NCBI GenBank assembly: GCA_038904395.1
Contig: JBCKKC010000003.1
Location: 1,856 to 65,855, forward strand
Length of the DNA stretch: 64,000 nucleotides
Direction of reading: 5' to 3'
Source of the DNA: Acidimicrobiia bacterium
Lineage (GTDB): Bacteria; Actinomycetota; Acidimicrobiia; UBA2766
Shown here piece by piece: positions 6,837-15,289 of this stretch. Made by a program: the position numbers and the translations under genes. Each line of letters starts with the position of its first letter. Position 1 is the first letter of the stretch. The notes beneath the pieces were generated by a model that was not told the DNA's origin, did not search any database, and worked only from the letters and a program-made list of their open reading frames with translations.

Positions 6837-8834
6837 ATGCATCTAGCAAGCCAAATTCGACAACGCTTCAAATTCGCATTGGGCAGCCTCTTAACGTTGC
6901 TCGTGCTTGTCGGAGGTATCGGCGCACTGTGCCCATCAGCCGAAGCTGTCGGCCCAAATCCGGCCAACCGTGACACGCCTTTTAACATCGCGGCTGCACC
7001 GCAAGGCCTTGACGGTGGGCACGTCGTGACCCTAGGGCTGGGCCGCACACAACAGTACGGGGCGCTCGGCCTGCCGCAAGCCCCAGTGTTTCACCCATAT
7101 CACCCGGCTGGCGACGACCCAGATGCGGGACCAGCAGTCCACGCCAGGATCAACCAGGGTTACGTCAGCACACCCTTCGCAGCCGAACTGGACCCCGCCT
7201 ACTTCGCCAACCTACCCCAATCAGTCGTCGCTGCTCTCGTCGCAGAAAACATAAACCCAGCAAATGTTGACATCAACATCGTCGAACAAAACATGCCCTG
7301 GACTCCAGACACCGTAATTTTGTTCCGCCCCCACTATTGGACCGACCCAGCCGCACTCACATTCGGCGCCTACAACAACGTCACACAAGTACGCGTTGGT
7401 TTCTTCCACCCAGACCGGGGCCTCACAATCGCCGGGCAAGCACCTGGAACGATCGGCCCATATGGAATATCCGTCCACCCGGGACAAGCTGTCAACCCGC
7501 CAGCCGACACGCGCACACCCATCGTATCTTCACCCGAAAACATGCCAGTACCAGGCCTCAATTCCCGAGAGAGCTCAAGCGTCTGGTCTGTCGTTCGAGA
7601 GGGCGGCCGCGCAGCAGTTACGTTGCATCTTGTCCTCGACGACAACGACCACGGAACGTTCCAAAATTTCATGGCCACCTCCCTCAACCTCATCGAGCTC
7701 ACCCAACAAATGAATGCCGCCGGGTCGCAGGTTGCAGGCAGGGCTTGGGTAGCAAAACTAACCGGACTAATCCAAGGCGCAGGCCGTGGAGACGTAACCC
7801 GTGCGGAGCCAGCGCCAGGCCCACGCCCATCCGGATGGCAACAGGCAACGGTCGATAGCCCACAAAGCACCGGCAGCCAAGCCGTAGTACTACAGAACCG
7901 TGGCATGTTGATGGTGGCCAATACATCTGACCGTAATGGCATCAGGTTGGGGCGCTACAACCAAGCCAATAGAACGTGGCAATTCCAACAAATTGGTTCA
8001 GCCAATTGCAATGGCCAAAGCCTGGCCGGAGTCGTCCACGGTGATACCTTCCACATTTTCGCCACAGGCCACCAGGCGGGACAATCCTCCGTCTGCCACC
8101 TAAGCTCTCTTAACGGAGTGGACTGGCGAGAAGAACACCTCGATGTGGGCCAAAGCAGTGGGCTCGGCCTCTCGGCTACCATCTACCAAGGCCGCATCAA
8201 CCTTGCCAACCGAGGCAACGAAACCGCACCGGGATCGGGCGTCTACCAAGTCCGGCAAGTATTCCAAAGCCCACAAGGCTGGAGATCTGCAACCATCGCC
8301 GATGACGCCAGCGCAACCAGCAACACCGCGATCGGCGTATACGGCGACCAACTACACGCTATGTACGAAACAGTCATACATGAACTCAACCACCTCTGGT
8401 ACGCACCAGCACCAGTGGGCGTTTGGGCCAACGAAATAGTGGCACGAGAGGTTGCTGCCGACACCGCCATGAACATCTCAACCTACAGCGAACAGTTCCA
8501 CCTCAACTACGAAGCCCGCGGACAGATCATCCACCGCTTCTACGACCCGGGGGCAGGTTGGGTACAAGAAACCGTCGCTGCAGACATCCTTCCCGGCAGC
8601 AACATTGCCACAGCAACATACGGCAACCAATACCACCTCGTCTACGGCGCCGCTGGTAACCGACTAGCACACCGATGGTACGACGCAACCACCGGCCGAT
8701 GGTACGACGAAACACTCGACAACGGCAACGTAACCGCCATCGGCGGACTCGCCATGGTCGAATACAACGGCAACTTCCACATCCTCACAACAACACCAAC
8801 TAATGAACTGCGCCATTTGAACTACCAACCTTGA
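6837..8834 (+). CDS. Secreted modular protein, paralog 3: signal peptide, His-rich middle module, C-terminal seven-repeat propeller-like domain (no N-module)
   Basis: 665-aa ORF. Signal peptide LLVLVGGIGALCPSAEA is followed directly by TPFNIAAAPQGL...FHPYHPAGDDPD...RPHYWTDPAA. The C-terminal repeats end LRHLNYQP. Confidence 0.9.
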   Translation: MHLASQIRQRFKFALGSLLTLLVLVGGIGALCPSAEAVGPNPANRDTPFNIAAAPQGLDGGHVVTLGLGRTQQYGALGLPQAPVFHPYHPAGDDPDAGPAVHARINQGYVSTPFAAELDPAYFANLPQSVVAALVAENINPANVDINIVEQNMPWTPDTVILFRPHYWTDPAALTFGAYNNVTQVRVGFFHPDRGLTIAGQAPGTIGPYGISVHPGQAVNPPADTRTPIVSSPENMPVPGLNSRESSSVWSVVREGGRAAVTLHLVLDDNDHGTFQNFMATSLNLIELTQQMNAAGSQVAGRAWVAKLTGLIQGAGRGDVTRAEPAPGPRPSGWQQATVDSPQSTGSQAVVLQNRGMLMVANTSDRNGIRLGRYNQANRTWQFQQIGSANCNGQSLAGVVHGDTFHIFATGHQAGQSSVCHLSSLNGVDWREEHLDVGQSSGLGLSATIYQGRINLANRGNETAPGSGVYQVRQVFQSPQGWRSATIADDASATSNTAIGVYGDQLHAMYETVIHELNHLWYAPAPVGVWANEIVAREVAADTAMNISTYSEQFHLNYEARGQIIHRFYDPGAGWVQETVAADILPGSNIATATYGNQYHLVYGAAGNRLAHRWYDATTGRWYDETLDNGNVTAIGGLAMVEYNGNFHILTTTPTNELRHLNYQP

Positions 8835-8958
8835 CCACAGCGGCCAGGAAACGGGTAAGCCAAGCGCTCTGAGGGTGGCTGACAAGGTCATTTGCCAATA
8901 AAAGTTAAGGCGCGCAAACGCGATAGGCTACTCGGCATCTGTTGACCGCGAATGACGT

Positions 8959-10956
8959 TTGTTTATGAGAACCCAACCTACCCCAGCCACGAACTTGTCG
9001 TCGGCAAATACCACCAGACATAGGCGATCCACTCGCTTTGGCACGAAGGTCCTAGCCTGCTTCGTGGCGGTTTTGGCTGCAGCGATGGTGGTCCTGCCAT
9101 GTTCTCAGGCATCAGCCATTGGCGAACACGGATACGTACTCCTTAGGAATGGGTTAAGGCTGGAACCGGGTCCATATAGGGTGTCTCTCATTCAAGATGG
9201 ACATTACAATGTGCTGGCAGATATCCTGCGTCAAATAACTCAGGAGATCAACGTCGCCATCGGCCGGCCGACATTAGTACTGGACTCCCAACCGCTGTCT
9301 CCGCTTGAGCCTCTCAGAGAGCAGCAGATCATTGTCGAGGAAGCCTTGCCTGGACCTGACAATGACGTGCATACCCTCGGATTCACTCACAGTAGGCAAA
9401 TTCTCTCAACTGCCAACTCTGTCACAGCTGCTCTGGAACGAGACGCGAGGATCGGCATTTTGCCAGTAGCTTTTACCGACACGCAGCATCCGTGGATAAT
9501 TAAGGCAACCGTATTGCACGAAATGCTCCATGCCCTGGGAGTAGGCCACGTGGATGGTCTTTACCACGGGCGGCTACAAACCATGAATCCAACCTTGAGC
9601 GATCCCGTACAAGCAACGCTAGGCGATGGTGACATCAATGCTTTACGGGAACTCGCAGGGTTCCCTGTAGTTCATAGCGTTGACCCACCATCTGGTTCTG
9701 TAGGGTCAAGTCTCGTTATTGCCGGTGAAAATTTTCTTGATGGTTCAACCTCGGTTTTCTTTGGAGGAACCCGTGCTGAGAGCGTCACGGTCCTCGACCG
9801 TAAGCGTATTTCTGTTGCGGCTCCGCGCAATGCCGAAGGTCCGGTTCAAATCACGGTTGAAACGAGGATCGGGAGATCAGCCCCGGGAGGAACTCCGATC
9901 TTTGTGTACAACCAGACTCAAGGCCCTTTATCCCTTCCTGTGACCCGAGGATGGAACCAGGCAACAGTCGATAGCCCACAGAGCACTGGCAGCCAAGCCG
10001 TAGTGCTAAAAGACCGTGGCATGCTGGTCGTGGCGAACAGAGCCAGCGATGGTAGCCCCAGGGTTGGGCGCTACAATGCGACCAACCGAACGTGGCAGTT
10101 CCAACGAATCGGCTCAGCGAACTGCAGCGGCCGAAGCCTGGCCGGAGTCGTCTACAACGGCGCCTTCCATATTTTGGCTACGGGCCAGCAAGCCGGACAA
10201 CCATCCGTCTGCCACTTGAGCTCGGCTGACGGACAAGCTTGGCAAGAAGAACACCTCGATGTAGGCCAAAGCAGCGGTCTCGGCCTCTCAGCTACCATCT
10301 ACCAAGGCCGCATCAACCTTGCCAACCGAGGCAACGAAACCTCACCCGGATCAGGCGTCTACCAAATCCGTCAAGTATTCCAAGGCCCACAAGGCTGGGG
10401 AGCAGTAACACTTGCCGCCGACGCCAGCCCGAACGGCAGCACGTCCGTCGGTGAATATGGTGGCCAATTTCACGCTCTCTACGAATCAAGCCGACAAGAA
10501 GTCAACCATTTCTGGTACAATCCCGCACCAATCGACAGGTGGTCACGCGAAACCTTGGCGACAGGGGTCGCAGTCAACACGGCCATGAACATCTCAAACT
10601 ACAGCGGCCAGTTCCACCTCAACTATGAAGCGGCCGGCAACCAAATCATCCACCGCTGGTACGACCCGCAAAGCGGCCGATGGGGACAAGAAACCATCGC
10701 CGCCGACATGCTCCACGGCAGCAACATTGCCACAGCAACATACGGTAACCAATACCATCTTGTTTACGGAGCGGCAGGGAACCGACTAGCACACCGCTGG
10801 TACGACGCAACCACCGGCCGCTGGTACAACGAGCCACTCGACAACGGCAACGTAACCGCCGTTGGCGGTCTCAGCATGATCGAGTACAACGGCAACTTCC
10901 ACATCCTCACAACCACACCAACCAACGGCCTCCGACACAGCTACTACCAACCCTAA
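8959..10956 (+). CDS. Secreted matrixin-like zinc metalloprotease + IPT/TIG domain + C-terminal seven-repeat propeller-like domain (paralog 4)
   Basis: Signal peptide ...VVLPCSQASA. Metzincin motif HEMLHALGVGH followed by a Met-turn-like QTMNP and GDGDINALRELAG, the same layout as MMPs. IPT/TIG-like segment PVVHSVDPPSGSVGSSLVIAGENF...FVY. The propeller domain is shared with paralogs 1-3 and ends LRHSYYQP. Confidence 0.88.
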   Translation: MFMRTQPTPATNLSSANTTRHRRSTRFGTKVLACFVAVLAAAMVVLPCSQASAIGEHGYVLLRNGLRLEPGPYRVSLIQDGHYNVLADILRQITQEINVAIGRPTLVLDSQPLSPLEPLREQQIIVEEALPGPDNDVHTLGFTHSRQILSTANSVTAALERDARIGILPVAFTDTQHPWIIKATVLHEMLHALGVGHVDGLYHGRLQTMNPTLSDPVQATLGDGDINALRELAGFPVVHSVDPPSGSVGSSLVIAGENFLDGSTSVFFGGTRAESVTVLDRKRISVAAPRNAEGPVQITVETRIGRSAPGGTPIFVYNQTQGPLSLPVTRGWNQATVDSPQSTGSQAVVLKDRGMLVVANRASDGSPRVGRYNATNRTWQFQRIGSANCSGRSLAGVVYNGAFHILATGQQAGQPSVCHLSSADGQAWQEEHLDVGQSSGLGLSATIYQGRINLANRGNETSPGSGVYQIRQVFQGPQGWGAVTLAADASPNGSTSVGEYGGQFHALYESSRQEVNHFWYNPAPIDRWSRETLATGVAVNTAMNISNYSGQFHLNYEAAGNQIIHRWYDPQSGRWGQETIAADMLHGSNIATATYGNQYHLVYGAAGNRLAHRWYDATTGRWYNEPLDNGNVTAVGGLSMIEYNGNFHILTTTPTNGLRHSYYQP

Positions 10957-11183
10957 CTGGGGCGACCTGGGTCGACTTCAAGGACAGCTAGGCCAGACAC
11001 GTGCGACCGGGAAACGGACAAACCGCCCTCCCCCAAGGGCTAATCAGTTTCTGGGCCATCCCACCGACGTTCCCGTTTGCACCAACGCGTCGACCGGCCT
11101 AACGCTCCATGCTCAGGTCGCATACTCTCCAACATTGAGACATTTCTTCATCTGATCCGGCGACGAGTAGTCGGCGGGGGCGC

Positions 11184-14051
11184 TCAACGGCCACTCATAA
11201 CAAATATGCAAGGCTCATCTGGGGTCGTGCCGGCGAGAGCGATCGTTTGGGAAGGCGAGTAGTATAAACCCGCTGTGCCGCCGCTAGTCGGGGTTGTGAT
11301 TGTGCCGCCGAAAGCGGACCCTGAACATTGCGACGTGTGCCAGTCAACATAGACCGTCGCATAACTTACGTTGGTCGTCGGGAGAGATTGAGGGATGGCT
11401 ATTGTGCACTCCCCTGTAGGCGAAAGAGTGATCCATGCACTACCGGCGTCGTATTGGCAAGCGCCTGAGACAGTTGTTGATGCGGGCGCCGAGGTTGTCG
11501 TCGTTGTTGTTGTTGTTGTTGTTGTTGTCTCAGGTTCCTCGGTCGATGTGGCGCCTTTCCAGCTGATTTTCGCATGACCGTTGCCGGCCTGTTGGTTTGA
11601 GGTGCAAGTCGGACCGGAGGGCGCTGCGGAAGGGGCCGTCGTCGTTGAATCACCACCCAACTTGGGAAGATAACAATAGTTGTTGTCGTTTGCCCCATCT
11701 AGGTTCATGAGAGTGCTATTCAGGAAGTTGGTGCCACCTCCACCGCCGCCAGCGCCACCACCATACGTTGTGTCCGACGTGACGCCACCAGGATGACCGC
11801 CACCACCAACGCCAGATCCCAAGTCAGAGCCTGCCTGGTCAGTGTAGAATCCGCCACCACCGCCACCGCCACCGCCAGCGCTGGGACTGGTTGCCTCTCC
11901 GCCTTTGCCAGTGTTCCCAGCCGAAACACCGCTATTACCTCCGCCTCCACCCACACCGCAGTTCGCTTTACCTGTGCCGGCACTGTTGCCACCTTGACCA
12001 CCGCCGTCACCCCCCGCACCACCGGGGGGACCTGTCAGCACGCATGCCGATCCCTGACCACTCCTTGGGGCTTCATTGCCTGGAATGGCGTGACCGCCCT
12101 TTCCGCCGCTTGGGGGCGTTGACACTTTCGACGGATCTGGCACAAAGCCGGGCTCGCCAGCACCACCGCCGCCACCGGCGACCAAAAGCGTGACTCCATT
12201 GGGGAATTTATCGGGATCGGCCGGAAAGCTCTTGCACTTGCCCGGTTCGCAGCGCACAGTGGTAGCACCACCGCCAATACCGGCCTCTTTGCTGCCCCCT
12301 GAGCCACCACTACCAGTGATCGGGACGCCGTTTGGTCCGGGGAAACTACCGCCAGAGCCGACAGCACAAGTACCCGACTCGGAACCACCAGCGGCACCCA
12401 CATAAACGGAGACTTCATCGCCACCTTGGAGCTTGCCCGGCCCAACCGGCAACTGAGCGTGAACCTGGCCACCAGGGCCACCAGCTGACTCAACTTTCTT
12501 CTTAGTGGACCCCACCGTGAGCGTCGTCGGCTGACCAGTTTTAGGGTCGAGAGGGCCAAGCTTCCTCGTACCCCCGCCTGAGGCTCCGGTTGCCTCGACA
12601 TCTAAGGAAGTCACGCCATCGGGTACAGTCAATCGCCCAGGATTGTCACAGGCAAATTCCTTCTTGTCTTCACCGGCTTTCTTGGTTATCTTCAACTCCA
12701 CCCGACCGTTGCCGTTGCCTCCCGGAACAGGGGCTCCTTCCTCACAAGTCACGTTGGGACTGCCGCAGTCCCCTCCCACATCGGAACTTTGAACAAAGCT
12801 CAATCCGCCGCCGCCGCCACCCCCGCCTGCGCCGCCACCCTTCACCAACTTGTACTGACCCGAATCATTGAATTCATCATAAAGTGAGAGTGCTTTTTCA
12901 TATGAGCACGAATTAGGGATCTTGACCATCGAACCGCTGGCGCCGCCCCCACCACCGTAACTTTGGATGTCTCCTTTGTTGTAACCGCCTCCAGCTCCAC
13001 CGCCACCCCCACCACTTAAGCGCCACAGTGTGTCGTTGTCGCCGGGGGTATCCTCGCCGTTTGCATTACTACCGTTACCACCATTACCCACAGTGTCGTT
13101 ACGAAATCCGCTTTGGCCCATCTTGAAGTTAGTGGAAACAGCCGAAGAGTCACTCTTGCTAAAAGTTAGCGCCTGACCGTTTGCAGTTCCACCCTTACCG
13201 GAGGATTTATCACCGGCTGGGGATCCGCCTCCGCCACCGCCACCGCCTCCGCCGCCACCGGACACAATTCCCGATATTGTACAATCCTGAAAATGTGGAT
13301 TCTGATAACTGAAAAGGCTAAGCCCATCAGCACCCGAGGCCGCGGCCCCCTTGCTGCCAGGTATTGCTGCACCTGGTGCACCAGCACCGCCATTTTGAGC
13401 CTTCCCTGCAACAACTGTGCTGTACCCAGGCAGATCTCCGAGCGAACTCTTTCCCCCTCCACCAGCTCCGCCCCCACCCCCAGCAACGGCGAGAGGAGGG
13501 ATGTCCGGGTTGCGGCATGCCCAATAGGTCTTTATATGTTCTGGATTTCCGCACTTAACTATCGACGAACCACCCCCGCCGCCAGCGCCACTAGCCGAGC
13601 CACCAGTGGACCCACCTGTCCCACCTGGATGACCCGATGCAATTTCCTCAGCGGGGATCGTGTCGTTGTGGCCACTTGAAGTGCTCTCAGATCCAGATCC
13701 GGCAGGGCCGGCCTTGCGACTTTCCCACTTGCCGCTACCCCCAACAGTGATCGCAATCACATCACCAGAGTGCAGGGTTCCCCCCGCCGCAAGCAGGGAC
13801 TTCAACTCGAGCTTGGAGCCCAGTCCCCCTGGGGAACCCCACATAGGTCCGCTCTTCCCCCCCGCTGCTCCCCACATGGTGATGGCAACATCATCCCAGA
13901 GGGAGCCAATCTTGCAAACGTGTGTTCCGGGATTGTCATAAGTTGCGGCGCACTCCGGGATTGGAGTCTCCGATGCCACTTGCCCGCTCTGCTGAGAGCA
14001 AGCCGCAAGAAGCAGGGTAAAAACTATCAGGACAATCCGATACCGTAACAT
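11184..14051 (-). CDS. Large glycine-rich lipoprotein with repeated Gly-rich (PF12810-like) modules and a poly-Thr linker
   Basis: 955-aa ORF. Lipobox LLLAAC at residues 13-18. At least three modules follow the pattern C..G....VP.GV..L.V...GA.GG.....GG.GG......L..G..V.V.VG..GG, interspersed with GGGGGAGGG runs. A T12 tract precedes a Cys-containing C-terminal domain. Confidence 0.8.
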   Translation of the reverse strand: MLRYRIVLIVFTLLLAACSQQSGQVASETPIPECAATYDNPGTHVCKIGSLWDDVAITMWGAAGGKSGPMWGSPGGLGSKLELKSLLAAGGTLHSGDVIAITVGGSGKWESRKAGPAGSGSESTSSGHNDTIPAEEIASGHPGGTGGSTGGSASGAGGGGGSSIVKCGNPEHIKTYWACRNPDIPPLAVAGGGGGAGGGGKSSLGDLPGYSTVVAGKAQNGGAGAPGAAIPGSKGAAASGADGLSLFSYQNPHFQDCTISGIVSGGGGGGGGGGGGSPAGDKSSGKGGTANGQALTFSKSDSSAVSTNFKMGQSGFRNDTVGNGGNGSNANGEDTPGDNDTLWRLSGGGGGGAGGGYNKGDIQSYGGGGGASGSMVKIPNSCSYEKALSLYDEFNDSGQYKLVKGGGAGGGGGGGGLSFVQSSDVGGDCGSPNVTCEEGAPVPGGNGNGRVELKITKKAGEDKKEFACDNPGRLTVPDGVTSLDVEATGASGGGTRKLGPLDPKTGQPTTLTVGSTKKKVESAGGPGGQVHAQLPVGPGKLQGGDEVSVYVGAAGGSESGTCAVGSGGSFPGPNGVPITGSGGSGGSKEAGIGGGATTVRCEPGKCKSFPADPDKFPNGVTLLVAGGGGGAGEPGFVPDPSKVSTPPSGGKGGHAIPGNEAPRSGQGSACVLTGPPGGAGGDGGGQGGNSAGTGKANCGVGGGGGNSGVSAGNTGKGGEATSPSAGGGGGGGGGFYTDQAGSDLGSGVGGGGHPGGVTSDTTYGGGAGGGGGGTNFLNSTLMNLDGANDNNYCYLPKLGGDSTTTAPSAAPSGPTCTSNQQAGNGHAKISWKGATSTEEPETTTTTTTTTTTTSAPASTTVSGACQYDAGSAWITLSPTGECTIAIPQSLPTTNVSYATVYVDWHTSQCSGSAFGGTITTPTSGGTAGLYYSPSQTIALAGTTPDEPCIFVMSGR
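11503..11526 (-). repeat. (GTT)8 trinucleotide microsatellite (read as ACA Thr codons on the coding strand)
   Basis: Eight uninterrupted GTT units on the plus strand. They form part of the 12-Thr tract of the glycine-rich lipoprotein. Confidence 0.95.
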
Positions 14052-14103
14052 GCCCTCGGTATCGGCACGTTCTGCCGCCTACTTAAACGAAATTTTCAAG
14101 AAA

Positions 14104-15204
14104 TTAATTGTTAAGGTCGCGCTCACGTTTTTGGATGGTGTCAAGGAGGGTTTGGTAGGCCTTGGAGAAGGACTCGACACCCTCGGCTTCGAGCTGGGCG
14201 GTGACGGCTTTCATATCGATACCCACTTCGGCGAGGTCTTCCATCAACTGGCGAGCATCATCAACACCACTCTCGAGGGTCTCGCCGACCTTGCCGTGAT
14301 CCGCGAAGGCATCAACGGTCACTTGAGGCATCGTGTTGACCGTCATCGGCCCAATCAGGTCTTCGACATACATAGTGTCTCTGTAATCGGGATTCTTCGT
14401 GCTTGTGCTCGCCCAAAGGGGTCGCTGTGGCCTGGCTCCCTGACTCACTAGCGCTTCCCACCGAGGCCCACCGAACTTGCGCTTGAAGGCTTGATAGGCA
14501 ATTTTGGCGTTAGCGACGGCGGCTTTGCCTTTGAGAGCCTTGGCTGCGTCGGTGCCGAGCGCGTCAAGCTGCTGATCGACCAGGGTGTCGACACGGGAAA
14601 CAAAGAACGACGCCACCGAAGCGATCTTGCCCAGATCGTGACCGTTAGCAGCGGCAGCTTCCAGGCCAGCCATGTACGCGTCGGCCACTTCCATATAACG
14701 ATCGACATCGAAGAGGAGCGTGACGTTGACGCTGATTCCGTCTGCAAGCGTCGCCGAGATGGCCGGTAGACCCTCTAGCGTGCCCGGAATCTTAATGATT
14801 ACGTTCTCGTGGCTAATCGTGTCGTGAAGATGCTTGGCTTCGATGATCGTCTCATCGGTGTCGTGTGCCAAGAACGGAGAGACCTCAATGCTGACCAAGC
14901 CATCGATCCCACCCGATTCGTCGTAAACAGGTCGTAGCATGTCGCAGGCATCTTCAATATCTTTCACAGCCAAGCTGACAAAGATATCTTCAGGATCCAG
15001 GCCCTCGTCAGCAAAAATATCTTTGTCGTACAGCTCAGATCCGCTGACGGCCTTTTCAAAAATTGTCGGATTGGACGTCACACCACGAACAGCAAAATCA
15101 TTCACCAGCCGGGCAAGTCCCCCCTCGTGGATGAGATCACGACTGATGTTGTCATACCAAACACTTTGACCAAACTCCGACAATTGCCACAAAGGGTTAG
15201 CCAT
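14104..15204 (-). CDS. tal: Transaldolase
   Basis: 366-aa ORF. The N-terminus MANPLWQLSEFGQSVWYDNISRDLI, together with RGVTSNPTIFEKA and IKIPGT, is typical of the actinobacterial-type transaldolase family. Confidence 0.9.
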   Translation of the reverse strand: MANPLWQLSEFGQSVWYDNISRDLIHEGGLARLVNDFAVRGVTSNPTIFEKAVSGSELYDKDIFADEGLDPEDIFVSLAVKDIEDACDMLRPVYDESGGIDGLVSIEVSPFLAHDTDETIIEAKHLHDTISHENVIIKIPGTLEGLPAISATLADGISVNVTLLFDVDRYMEVADAYMAGLEAAAANGHDLGKIASVASFFVSRVDTLVDQQLDALGTDAAKALKGKAAVANAKIAYQAFKRKFGGPRWEALVSQGARPQRPLWASTSTKNPDYRDTMYVEDLIGPMTVNTMPQVTVDAFADHGKVGETLESGVDDARQLMEDLAEVGIDMKAVTAQLEAEGVESFSKAYQTLLDTIQKRERDLNN

Positions 15205-15289
15205 AAGTCACTCCTTCAGATACTTGCCGTGACGACTCAATCGGCTCCGAGCCGGCAATTCACTAGGCGCTGGCAACACTATCAAAGGA

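Noticed and set aside
11395-14048. Numerous ORFs on both strands inside the glycine-rich lipoprotein gene (e.g. 12035..12601, 11720..12022, 13166..13486, 13293..13679)
   Set aside because: They are shadow frames of a GGN-rich gene, giving Arg/Pro/Ala-rich or Val-rich low-complexity products. The 955-aa frame has the lipobox and a repeated domain structure.
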